A stretch of DNA of 64,000 nt from Auanema rhodensis. Lineage: Eukaryota > Animalia > Nematoda. The stretch covers positions 24,552,001 to 24,616,000 of the forward strand of contig OZ059894.1 in NCBI GenBank assembly GCA_964057225.1. Direction: 5' to 3'. The notes beneath the pieces are model-generated. The model did not search any database. It had not been told where the DNA came from and saw only the letters and a program-made list of their open reading frames with translations. Shown here piece by piece: positions 1 to 13,728 of this stretch. Each line of letters starts with the position of its first letter. Position 1 is the stretch's first letter. A program made the translations under genes and the position numbers.

Positions 1-176
1 ATTTATGCTAATTAAATGTACACGTGATGTGCACTTGGTATGTAACTCGCTTCACGTGAAAGATAAAGAGATGCGGTTTTCAAAATTAGATTCCCCATGT
101 CCATATTAGTCTAAAAACAAATTTTTATTGATATTGGTTCATGATAACCATGACTTTGAAATTTACGTGAACTTTA
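1..176 (+). repeat. Representative monomer (differs from consensus by G144A)
   Basis: First full period in the window. The phase is arbitrary and set by the window start. It contains TGTACA (17-22), CACGTG (21-26), GTGCAC (29-34), TTCACGTGAA (51-60) and TTTACGTGAA (162-171). Confidence 0.95.
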
Positions 177-1232
177 ATTTATGCTATTTAAATGTACACG
201 TGATGTGCACTTGGTATGTAACTCGCTTCACGTGAAAGATAAAGAGATGCGGTTTTCAAAATTAGATTCCCCATGTCCATATTAGTCTAAAAACAAATTT
301 TTATTGATATTGGTTCATGGTAACCATGACTTTGAAATTTACGTGAACTTTAATTTATGCTAATTAAATGTACACGTGATGTGCACTTGGTATGTAACTC
401 GCTTCACGTGAAAGATAAAGAGATGCGGTTTTCAAAATTTGATTCCCCATGTCCATATTAGTCTAAAAACAAATTTTTATTGATATTGGTGCATGGTAAC
501 CATGACTTTGAAATTTACGTGAACTTTAATTTATGCTAAATAAATGTACACGTGATGTGCACTTGGTATGTAACTCGCTTCACGTGAAAGATAAAGTGAT
601 GCGGTTTTCAAAATTAGATTCCCCATGTCCATATTAGTCTAAAAACAAATTTTTATTGATATTGGTTCATGGTAACCATGACTTTGAAATTTACGTGAAC
701 TTTAATTTATGCTATTTAAATGTACACGTGATGTGCACTTGGTATGTAACTCGCTTCACGTGAAAGATAAAGAGATGCGGTTTTCAAAATTAGATTCCCC
801 ATGTCCATATTAGTCTAAAAACAAATTTTTATTGATATTGGTTCATGGTAACCATGACTTTGAAATTTACGTGAACTTTAATTTATGCTAATTAAATGTA
901 CACGTGATGTGCACTTGGTATGTAACTCGCTTCACGTGAAAGATAAAGAGATGCGGTTTTCAAAATTTGATTCCCCATGTCCATATTAGTCTAAAAACAA
1001 ATTTTTATTGATATTGGTGCATGGTAACCATGACTTTGAAATTTACGTGAACTTTAATTTATGCTAAATAAATGTACACGTGATGTGCACTTGGTATGTA
1101 ACTCGCTTCACGTGAAAGATAAAGTGATGCGGTTTTCAAAATTAGATTCCCCATGTCCATATTAGTCTAAAAACAAATTTTTATTGATATTGGTTCATGG
1201 TAACCATGACTTTGAAATTTACGTGAACTTTA
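177..1232 (+). repeat. Tandem duplication of a 3-monomer (528-bp) block
   Basis: The ordered variants A11T / A88T / T12A+A69T occur in the monomers at 177, 353 and 529, and again at 705, 881 and 1057. Confidence 0.8.
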
Positions 1233-4200
1233 ATTTATGCTAATTAAATGTACACGTGATGTGCACTTGGTATGTAACTCGCTTCACGTGAAAGATAAAG
1301 AGATGCGGTTTTCAAAATTAGATTCCCCATGTCCATATTAGTCTAAACACAAATTTTTATTGATATTGGTTCATGGTAACCATGACTTTGAAATTTACGT
1401 GAACTTTAATTTATGCTAATTAAATGTACACGTGATGTGCACTTGGTATGTATTTCGCTTCACGTGAAAGATAAAGAGATGCGGTTTTCAAAATTAGATT
1501 CCCCATGTCCATATTAGTCTAAAAACAAATTTTTATTGATATTGGTTCATGGTAACCATGACTTTGAAATTTACGTGAACTTTAATTTATGCTAATTAAA
1601 TGTACACGTGATGTGCACTTGGTATGTAACTCGCTTCACGTGAAAGATAAAGTGATGCGGTTTTCAGAATTAGATTCCCCATGTCCATATTAGTCTAAAA
1701 ACAAATTGTTATTGATATGGGTGCATGGTAACCATGACTTTGAAATTTACGTGAACTTTAATTTATGCTAATTAAATGTACACGTGATGTGCACTTGGTA
1801 TGTATTTCGCTTCACGTGAAAGATAAAGAGATGCGGTTTTCAAAATTAGATTCCCCATGTCCATATTAGTCTAAAAACAAATTTTCATTGATATTGGTGC
1901 ATGGTAACCATGACTTTGAAATTTACGTGAACTTTAATTTATGCTAAATAAATGTACACGTGATGTGCACTTGGTATGTAACTCGCTTCACGTGAAAGAT
2001 AAAGTGATGCGGTTTTCAAAATTAGATTCCCCATGTCCATATTAGTCTAAAAACAAATTGTTATTGATATGGGTGCATGGTAACCATGACTTTGAAATTT
2101 ACGTGAACTTTAATTTATGCTAATTAAATGTACACGTGATGTGCACTTGGTATGTAACTCGCTTCACGTGAAAGATAAAGAGATGCGGTTTTCAAAATTA
2201 GATTCCCCATGTCCATATTAGTCTAAAAACAAATTGTTATTGATATGGGTGCATGGTAACCATGACTTTGAAATTTACGTGAACTTTAATTTATGCTAAT
2301 TAAATGTACACGTGATGTGCACTTGGTATGTAACTCGCTTCACGTGAAAGATAAAGAGATGCGGTTTTCAAAATTAGATTCTTCATGTCCATATTAGTCT
2401 AAAAACAAATTTTCATTGATATTGGTGCATGGTAACCATGACTTTGAAATTTACGTGAACTTTAATTTATGCTAAATAAATGTACACGTGATGTGCACTT
2501 GGTATGTAACTCGCTTCACGTGAAAGATAAAGTGATGCGGTTTTCAAAATTAGATTCCCCATGTCCATATTAGTCTAAAAACAAATTTTTATTGATATTG
2601 GTTCATGGTAACCATGACTTTGAAATTTACGTGAACTTTAATTTATGCTAATTAAATGTACACGTGATGTGCACTTGGTATGTAACTCGCTTCACGTGAA
2701 AGATAAAGAGATGCGGTTTTCAAAATTTGATTCCCCATGTCCATATTAGTCTAAAAACAAATTTTTATTGATATTGGTGCATGGTAACCATGACTTTGAA
2801 ATTTACGTGAACTTTAATTTATGCTAAATAAATGTACACGTGATGTGCACTTGGTATGTAACTCGCTTCACGTGAAAGATAAAGAGATGCGGTTTTCAAA
2901 ATTAGATTCCCCATGTCCATATTAGTCTAAAAACAAATTTTTATTGATATTGGTTCATGGTAACCATGACTTTGAAATTTACGTGAACTTTAATTTATGC
3001 TAATTAAATGTACACGTGATGTGCACTTGGTATGTAACTCGCTTCACGTGAAAGATAAAGAGATGCGGTTTTCAAAATTAGATTCCCCATGTCCATATTA
3101 GTCTAAAAACAAATTTTTATTGATATTGGTTCATGGTAACCATGACTTTGAAATTTACGTGAACTTTAATTTATGCTAATTAAATGTACACGTGATGTGC
3201 ACTTGGTATGTAACTCGCTTCACGTGAAAGATAAAGAGATGCGGTTTTCAAAATTAGATTCCCCATGTCCATATTAGTCTAAAAACAAATTTTTATTGAT
3301 ATTGGTTCATGGTAACCATGACTTTGAAATTTACGTGAACTTTAATTTATGCTAATTAAATGTACACGTGATGTGCACTTGGTATGTATTTCGCTTCACG
3401 TGAAAGATAAAGAGATGCGGTTTTCAAAATTAGATTCCCCATGTCCATATTAGTCTAAAAACAAATTTTTATTGATATTGGTTCATGGTAACCATGACTT
3501 TGAAATTTACGTGAACTTTAATTTATGCTAATTAAATGTACACGTGATGTGCACTTGGTATGTAACTCGCTTCACGTGAAAGATAAAGAGATGCGGTTTT
3601 CAAAATTTGATTCCCCATGTCCATATTAGTCTAAAAACAAATTTTTATTGATATTGGTGCATGGTAACCATGACTTTGAAATTTACGTGAACTTTAATTT
3701 ATGCTAATTAAATGTACACGTGATGTGCACTTGGTATGTAACTCGCTTCACGTGAAAGATAAAGAGATGCGGTTTTCAAAATTAGATTCCCCATGTTCAT
3801 ATTAGTCTAAAAACAAATTTTTATTGATATTGGTGCATGGTAACCATGACTTTGAAATTTACGTGAACTTTAATTTATGCTAATTAAATGTACACGTGAT
3901 GTGCACTTGGTATGTAACTCGCTTCACGTGAGAGATAAAGAGATGCGGTTTTCAAAATTAGATTCCCCATGTCCATATTAGTCTAAAAACAAATTTTTAT
4001 TGATATTGGTTCATGATAACCATGACTTTGAAATTTACGTGAACTTTAATTTATGCTATTTAAATGTACACGTGATGTGCACTTGGTATGTAACTCGCTT
4101 CACGTGAAAGATAAAGAGATGCGGTTTTCAAAATTAGATTCCCCATGTCCATATTAGTCTAAAAACAAATTTTTATTGATATTGGTGCATGGTAACCATG

Positions 4201-7200
4201 ACTTTGAAATTTACGTGAACTTTAATTTATGCTAAATAAATGTACACGTGATGTGCACTTGGTATGTAACTCGCTTCACGTGAAAGATAAAGTGATGCGG
4301 TTTTCAAAATTAGATTCCCCATGTCCATATTAGTCTAAAAACAAATTTTTATTGATATTGGTTCATGGTAACCATGACTTTGAAATTTACGTGAACTTTA
4401 ATTTATGCTAATTAAATGTACACGTGATGTGCACTTGGTATGTATTTCGCTTCACGTGAAAGATAAAGAGATGCGGTTTTCAAAATTTGATTCCCCATGT
4501 CCATATTAGTCTAAAAACAAATTTTTATTGATATTGGTGCATGGTAACCATGACTTTGAAATTTACGTGAACTTTAATTTATGCTAATTAAATGTACACG
4601 TGATGTGCACTTGGTATGTAACTCGCTTCACGTGAAAGATAAAGAGATGCGGTTTTCAAAATTAGATTCCCCATGTCCATATTAGTCTAAAAACAAATTG
4701 TTATTGATATTGGTGCATGGTAACCATGACTTTGAAATTTACGTGAACTTTAATTTATGCTAAATAAATGTACACGTGATGTGCACTTGGTATGTAACTC
4801 GCTTCACGTGAAAGATAAAGTGATGCGGTTTTCAAAATTAGATTCCCCATGTCCATATTAGTCTAAAAACAAATTTTTATTGATATTGGTTCATGGTAAC
4901 CATGACTTTGAAATTTACGTGAACTTTAATTTATGCTAATTAAATGTACACGTGATGTGCACTTGGTATGTATTTCGCTTCACGTGAAAGATAAAGAGAT
5001 GCGGTTTTCAAAATTAGATTCCCCATGTCCATATTAGTCTAAAAACAAATTGTTATTGATATGGGTGCATGGTAACCATGACTTTGAAATTTACGTGAAC
5101 TTTAATTTATGCTAATTAAATGTACACGTGATGTGCACTTGGTATGTAACTCGCTTCACGTGAAAGATAAAGAGATGCGGTTTTCAAAATTAGATTCCCC
5201 ATGTCCATATTAGTCTAAAAACAAATTTTTATTGATATTGGTGCATGGTAACCATGACTTTGAAATTTACGTGAACTTTAATTTATGCTAAATAAATGTA
5301 CACGTGATGTGCACTTGGTATGTAACTCGCTTCACGTGAAAGATAAAGTGATGCGGTTTTCAAAATTAGATTCCCCATGTCCATATTAGTCTAAAAACAA
5401 ATTTTTATTGATATTGGTGCATGGTAACCATGACTTTGAAATTTACGTGAACTTTAATTTATGCTAATTAAATGTACACGTGATGTGCACTTGGTATGTA
5501 ACTCGCTTCACGTGAAAGATAAAGAGATGCGGTTTTCAAAATTAGATTCCCCATGTCCATATTAGTCTAAAAACAAATTTTTATTGATATTGGTGCATGG
5601 TAACCATGACTTTGAAATTTACGTGAACTTTAATTTATGCTAAATAAATGTACACGTGATGTGCACTTGGTATGTAACTCGCTTCACGTGAAAGATAAAG
5701 TGATGCGGTTTTCAAAATTAGATTCCCCATGTCCATATTAGTCTAAAAACAAATTTTTATTGATATTGGTGCATGGTAACCATGACTTTGAAATTTACGT
5801 GAACTTTAATTTATGCTAATTAAATGTACACGTGATGTGCACTTGGTATGTAACTCGCTTCACGTGAAAGATAAAGTGATGCGGTTTTCAAAATTAGATT
5901 CCCCATGTCCATATTAGTCTAAAAACAAATTTTTATTGATATTGGTGCATGGTAACCATGACTTTGAAATTTACGTGAACTTTAATTTATGCTAAATAAA
6001 TGTACACGTGATGTGCACTTGGTATGTAACTCGCTTCACGTGAAAGATAAAGTGATGCGGTTTTCAAAATTAGATTCCCCATGTCCATATTAGTCTAAAA
6101 ACAAATTTTTATTGATATTGGTGCATGGTAACCATGACTTTGAAATTTACGTGAACTTTAATTTATGCTAATTAAATGTACACGTGATGTGCACTTGGTA
6201 TGTAACTCGCTTCACGTGAAAGATAAAGAGATGCGGTTTTCAAAATTAGATTCCCCATGTCCATATTAGTCTAAAAACAAATTTTTATTGATATTGGTTC
6301 ATGATAACCATGACTTTGAAATTTACGTGAACTTTAATTTATGCTAATTAAATGTACACGTGATGTGCACTTGGTATGTAACTCGCTTCACGTGTAAGAT
6401 AAAGAGATGCGGTTTTCAAAATTAGATTCCCCATGTCCATATTAGTCTAAAAACAAATTTTTATTGATATTGGTGCATGGTAACCATGACTTTGAAATTT
6501 ACGTGAACTTTAATTTATGCTAAATAAATGTACACGTGATGTGCACTTGGTATGTAACTCGCTTCACGTGAAAGATAAAGTGATGCGGTTTTCAAAATTA
6601 GATTCCCCATGTCCATATTAGTCTAAAAACAAATTTTTATTGATATTGGTGCATGGTAACCATGACTTTGAAATTTACGTGAACTTTAATTTATGCTAAT
6701 TAAATGTACACGTGATGTGCACTTGGTATGTAACTCGCTTCACGTGAAAGATAAAGAGATGCGGTTTTCAAAATTAGATTCCCCATGTCCATATTAGTCT
6801 AAAAACAAATTTTTATTGATATTGGTTCTTGGTAACCATGACTTTGAAATTTACGTGAACTTTAATTTATGCTAATTAAATGTACACGTGATGTGCACTT
6901 GGTATGTAACTCGCTTCACGTGAAAGATAAAGAGATGCGGTTTTCAAAATTAGATTCCCCATGTCCATATTAGTCTAAAAACAAATTTTTATTGATATTG
7001 GTTCATGGTAACCATGACTTTGAAATTTACGTGAACTTTAATTTATGCTAATTAAATGTACACGTGATGTGCACTTGGTATGTATTTCGCTTCACGTGAA
7101 AGATAAAGAGATGCGGTTTTCAAAATTAGATTCCCCATGTCCATATTAGTCTAAAAACAAATTTTTATTGATATTGGTTCATGGTAACCATGACTTTGAA

Positions 7201-10200
7201 ATTTACGTGAACTTTAATTTATGCTAATTAAATGTACACGTGATGTGCACTTGGTATGTATTTCGCTTCACGTGAAAGATAAAGAGATGCGGTTTTCAAA
7301 ATTAGATTCCCCATGTCCATATTAGTCTAAAAACAAATTTTTATTGATATTGGTTCATGGTAACCATGACTTTGAAATTTACGTGAACTTTAATTTATGC
7401 TAATTAAATGTACACGTGATGTGCACTTGGTATGTATTTCGCTTCACGTGAAAGATAAAGAGATGCGGTTTTCAAAATTAGATTCCCCATGTCCATATTA
7501 GTCTAAAAACAAATTGTTATTGATATGGGTGCATGGTAACCATGACTTTGAAATTTACGTGAACTTTAATTTATGCTAATTAAATGTACACGTGATGTGC
7601 ACTTGGTATGTAACTCGCTTCACGTGAAAGATAAAGAGATGCGGTTTTCAAAATTAGATTTCCCATGTCCATATTAGTCTAAAAACAAATTTTTATTGAT
7701 ATTGGTTCATGGTAACCATGACTTTGAAATTTACGTGAACTTTAATTTATGCTAATTAAATGTACACGTGATGTGCACTTGGTATGTAACTCGCTTCACG
7801 TGAAAGATAAAGAGATGCGGTTTTCAAAATTTGATTCCCCATGTCCATATTAGTCTAAAAACAAATTTTTATTGATATTGGTGCATGGTAACCATGACTT
7901 TGAAATTTACGTGAACTTTAATTTATGCTAATTAAATGTACACGTGATGTGCACTTGGTATGTAACTCGCTTCACGTGAAAGATAAAGAGATGCGGTTCT
8001 CAAAATTAGATTCCCCATGTCCATATTAGTCTAAAAACAAATTTTTATTGATATTGGTTCATGATAACCATGACTTTGAAATTTACGTGAACTTTAATTT
8101 ATGCTAATTAAATGTACACGTGATGTGCACTTGGTATGTAACTCGCTTCACGTGTAAGATAAAGAGATGCGGTTTTCAAAATTAGATTCCCCATGTCCAT
8201 ATTAGTCTAAAAACAAATTTTTATTGATATTGGTGCATGGTAACCATGACTTTGAAATTTACGTGAACTTTAATTTATGCTAAATAAATGTACACGTGAT
8301 GTGCACTTGGTATGTAACTCGCTTCACGTGAAAGATAAAGTGATGCGGTTTTCAAAATTAGATTCCCCATGTCCATATTAGTCTAAAAACAAATTTTTAT
8401 TGATATTGGTGCATGGTAACCATGACTTTGAAATTTACGTGAACTTTAATTTATGCTAATTAAATGTACACGTGATGTGCACTTGGTATGTAACTCGCTT
8501 CACGTGAAAGATAAAGAGATGCGGTTTTCAAAATTAGATTCCCCATGTCCATATTAGTCTAAAAACAAATTTTTATTGATATTGGTTCATGGTAACCATG
8601 ACTTTGAAATTTACGTGAACTTTAATTTATGCTAATTAAATGTACACGTGATGTGCACTTGGTATGTAACTCGCTTCACGTGAAAGATAAAGAGATGCGG
8701 TTTTCAAAATTTGATTTCCCATGTCCATATTAGTCTAGAAACAAACTTTTATTGATATTGGTTCATGGTAACCATGACTTTGAAATTTACGTGAACTTTA
8801 ATTTATGCTAATTAAATGTACACGTGATGTGCACTTGGTATGTAACTCGCTTCACGTGAAAGATAAAGAGATGCGGTTTTCAAAATTAGATTCCCCATGT
8901 TCATATTAGTCTAAAAACAAATTTTTATTGATATTGGTGCATGGTAACCATGACTTTGAAATTTACGTGAACTTTAATTTATGCTAATTAAATGTACACG
9001 TGATGTGCACTTGGTATGTAACTCGCTTCACGTGAAAGATAAAGTGATGCGGTTTTCAAAATTAGATTCCCCATGTCCATATTAGTCTAAAAACAAATTT
9101 TTATTGATATTGGTTCATGGTAACCATGACTTTGAAATTTACGTGAACTTTAATTTATGCTAATTAAATGTACACGTGATGTGCACTTGGTATGTAACTC
9201 GCTTCACGTGAAAGATAAAGAGATGCGGTTTTCAAAATTTGATTCCCCATGTCCATATTAGTCTAAAAACAAATTTTTATTGATATTGGTTCATGGTAAC
9301 CATGACTTTGAAATTTACGTGAACTTTAATTTATGCTAATTAAATGTACACGTGATGTGCACTTGGTATGTAACTCGCTTCACGTGAAAGATAAAGAGAT
9401 GCGGTTTTTAAAATTAGATTCCCCATGTCCATATTAGTCTAAAAACAAATTTTTATTGATATTGGTTCATGGTAACCATGACTTTGAAATTTACGTGAAC
9501 TTTAATTTATGCTAATTAAATGTACACGTGATGTGCACTTGGTATGTAACTCGCTTCACGTGAAAGATAAAGAGATGCGGTTTTCAAAATTTGATTCCCC
9601 ATGTCCATATTAGTCTAAAAACAAATTTTTATTGATATTGGTTCATGGTAACCATGACTTTGAAATTTACGTGAACTTTAATTTATGCTAATTAAATGTA
9701 CACGTGATGTGCACTTGGTATGTAACTCGCTTCACGTGTAAGATAAAGAGATGCGGTTTTCAAAATTTGATTCCCCATGTCCATATTAGTCTAAAAACAA
9801 ATTTTTATTGATATTGGTGCATGGTAACCATGACTTTGAAATTTACGTGAACTTTAATTTATGCTAAATAAATGTACACGTGATGTGCACTTGGTATGTA
9901 ACTCGCTTCACGTGAAAGATAAAGAGATGCGGTTCTCAAAATTAGATTTCCCATGTCCATATTAGTCTAAAAACAAATTTTTATTGATATTGGTTCATGG
10001 TAACCATGACTTTGAAATTTACGTGAACTTTAATTTATGCTAATTAAATGTACACGTGATGTGCACTTGGTATGTAACTCGCTTCACGTGAAAGATAAAG
10101 AGATGCGGTTTTCAAAATTTGATTCCCCATGTCCATATTAGTCTCAAAACAAATTTTCATTGATATTGGTGCATGGTAACCATGACTTTGAAATTTACGT

Positions 10201-13200
10201 GAACTTTAATTTATGCTAATTAAATGTACACGTGATGTGCACTTGGTATGTAACTCGCTTCACGTGAAAGATAAAGAGATGCGGTTTTCAAAATTAGATT
10301 CCCCATGTCCATATTAGTCTAAAAACAAATTTTTATTGATATTGGTTCATGATAACCATGACTTTGAAATTTACGTGAACTTTAATTTATGCTAATTAAA
10401 TGTACACGTGATGTGCACTTGGTATGTAACTCGCTTCACGTGTAAGATAAAGAGATGCGGTTTTCAAAATTAGATTCCCCATGTCCATATTAGTCTAAAA
10501 ACAAATTTTTATTGATATTGGTGCATGGTAACCATGACTTTGAAATTTACGTGAACTTTAATTTATGCTAAATAAATGTACACGTGATGTGCACTTGGTA
10601 TGTAACTCGCTTCACGTGAAAGATAAAGTGATGCGGTTTTCAAAATTAGATTCCCCATGTCCATATTAGTCTAAAAACAAATTTTTATTGATATTGGTTC
10701 ATGGTAACCATGACTTTGAAATTTACGTGAACTTTAATTTATGCTAATTAAATGTACACGTGATGTGCACTTGGTATGTAACTCGCTTCACGTGAAAGAT
10801 AAAGAGATGCGGTTTTCAAAATTAGATTCCCCATGTTCATATTAGTCTAAAAACAAATTTTTATTGATATTGGTGCATGGTAACCATGACTTTGAAATTT
10901 ACGTGAACTTTAATTTATGCTAATTAAATGTACACGTGATGTGCACTTGGTATGTAACTCGCTTCACGTGAAAGATAAAGAGATGTGGTTTTCAAAATTA
11001 GATTCCCCATGTCCATATTAGTCTAAAAACAAATTTTTATTGATATTGGTTCATGGTAACCATGACTTTGAAATTTACGTGAACTTTAATTTATGCTAAT
11101 TAAATGTACACGTGATGTGCACTTGGTATGTAACTCGCTTCACGTGAAAGATAAAGAGATGCGGTTTTCAAAATTAGATTCCCCATGTCCATATTAGTCT
11201 AAAAACAAATTTTTATTGATATTGGTTCATGGTAACCATGACTTTGAAATTTACGTGAACTTTAATTTATGCTAATTAAATGTACACGTGATGTGCACTT
11301 GGTATGTAACTCGCTTCACGTGAAAGATAAAGTGATGCGGTTTTCAAAATTAGATTCCCCATGTCCATATTAGTCTAAAAACAAATTTTTATTGATATTG
11401 GTTCATGGTAACCATGACTTTGAAATTTACGTGAACTTTAATTTATGCTAATTAAATGTACACGTGATGTGCACTTGGTATGTAACTCGCTTCACGTGAA
11501 AGATAAAGAGATGCGGTTTTCAAAATTTGATTCCCCATGTCCATATTAGTCTAAAAACAAATTTTTATTGATATTGGTTCATGGTAACCATGACTTTGAA
11601 ATTTACGTGAACTTTAATTTATGCTAATTAAATGTACACGTGATGTGCACTTGGTATGTAACTCGCTTCACGTGAAAGATAAAGAGATGCGGTTTTCAAA
11701 ATTAGATTCCCCATGTCCATATTAGTCTAAAAACAAATTTTTATTGATATTGGTGCATGGTAACCATGACTTTGAAATTTACGTGAACTTTAATTTATGC
11801 TAATTAAGTGTACACATGATGTGCACTTGGTGTGTAACTCGCTTCACGTGAAAGATAAAGAGATGCGGTTTTCAAAATTAGATTCCCCATGTCCATATTA
11901 GTCTAAAAACAAATTTTTATTGATATTGGTTCATGGTAACCATGACTTTGAAATTTACGTGAACTTTAATTTATGCTAATTAAATGTACACGTGATGTGC
12001 ACTTGGTATGTAACTCGCTTCACGTGAAAGATAAAGAGATGCGGATTTCAAAATTAGATTCCCCATGTCCATATTAGTCTAAAAACAAATTTTTATTGAT
12101 ATTGGTTCATGGTAACCATGACTTTGAAAGTTACGTGAACTTTAATTTATGCTAATTAAATGTACACGTGATGTGCACTTGGTATGTAACTCGCTTCACG
12201 TGAAAGATAAAGAGATGCGGTTTTCAAAATTTGATTCCCCATGTCCATATTAGTCTAAAAACAAACTTTTATTGATATTGGTTCATGGTAACCATGACTT
12301 TGAAATTTACGTGAACTTTAATTTATGCTAATTAAATTTACACGTGATGTGCACTTGGTATGTAACTTGCTTCACGTGAAAGATAAAGAGATGCGGATTT
12401 CAAAATTAGATTCCCCATGTTCATATTAGTCTTAAAACAAATTTTTATTGATATGGGTGCATGGTAACCATGACTTTGAAATTTACGTGAACTTTAATTT
12501 ATGCTAATTGAATGTACACGTGATGTGCACTTGGTATGTAACTCGCTTCACGTGAAAGATAAAGAGATGCGGTTTTCAAAATAAGATTCCCCATGTCCAT
12601 ATTAGTCTAAAAACAAATTTTTATTGATATTGGTTCATGGTAACCATGACTTTGAAATTTACGTGAACTTTAATTTATGCTAATTAAATGTACACGTGAT
12701 GTGCACTTGGTATGTAACTCGCTTCACGTGAAAGATAAAGAGATGCGGTTTTCAAAATTAGATTCCCCATGTCCATATTAGTCTAAAAACAAATTTTTAT
12801 TGATATTGGTTCATGATAACCATGACTTTGAAATTTACGTGAACTTTAATTTATGCTAATTAAATGTACACGTGATGTGCACTTAGTATGTAACTCGCTT
12901 CACGTGAAAGATAAAGAGATGCGGTTTTCAAAATTTGATTCCCCATGTTCATATTAGTCTAAAAACAAATTTTTATTGATATTGGTGCATGGTAACCATG
13001 ACTTTGAAATTTACGTGAACTTTAATTTATGCTAATTAAATGTACACGTGATGTGCACTTGGTATGTAACTCGCTTCACGTGAAAGATAAAGAGATGCGG
13101 TTTTCAAAATTAGATTCCCCATGTCCATATTAGTCTAAAAACAAATTTTTATTGATATTGGTTCATGGTAACCATGACTTTGAAATTTACGTGAACTTTA

Positions 13201-13728
13201 ATTTATGCTAATTAAATGTACACGTGATGTGCACTTGGTATGTAACTCGCTTCACGTGAAAGATAAAGAGATGCGGTTTTCAAAATTAGATTCCTCATGT
13301 CCATATTAGTCTAAAAACAAATTTTTATTGATATTGGTGCATGGTAACCATGACTTTGAAATTTACGTGAACTTTAATTTATGCTAATTAAATGTACACG
13401 TGATGTGCACTTGGTATGTAACTCGCTTCACGTGAAAGATAAAGAGATGCGGTTTTCAAAATTTGATTCCCCATGTCCATATTAGTCTAAAAACAAATTT
13501 TTATTGATATTGGTGCATGGTAACCATGACTTTGAAATTTACGTGAACTTTAATTTATGCTAATTAAATGTACACGTGATGTGCACTTGGTATGTAACTC
13601 GCTTCACGTGAAAGATAAAGAGATGCGGTTTTCAAAATTAGATTCCCCATGTCCATATTAGTCTAAAAACAAATTTTTATTGATATTGGTTCATGGTAAC
13701 CATGACTTTGAAATTTACGTGAACTTTA

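Noticed and set aside
21-130. Budding-yeast-type point centromere (CDEI-CDEII-CDEIII)
   Set aside because: Only the 8-bp CDEI-like motif is present. There is no ~80-bp >90% AT CDEII or CDEIII, and point centromeres are not tandem arrays.
1-176. Identity with Brassica CentBr, Arabidopsis CEN178 or primate alpha satellite
   Set aside because: Only the length is similar. I do not recognise the sequence as any of them, so a database search is needed for assignment.
1-176. Tandem 5S rRNA, tRNA, snRNA or spliced-leader gene array
   Set aside because: I see no recognisable conserved RNA sequence, cloverleaf or Pol III A/B/C boxes.
1453-1469. CENP-B box in the TATTTCGCTTCACGTGAAA variant
   Set aside because: It matches TTCG....A but has TGAA where CGGG is required (6 of 9 core positions), and it occurs only in a minority variant.
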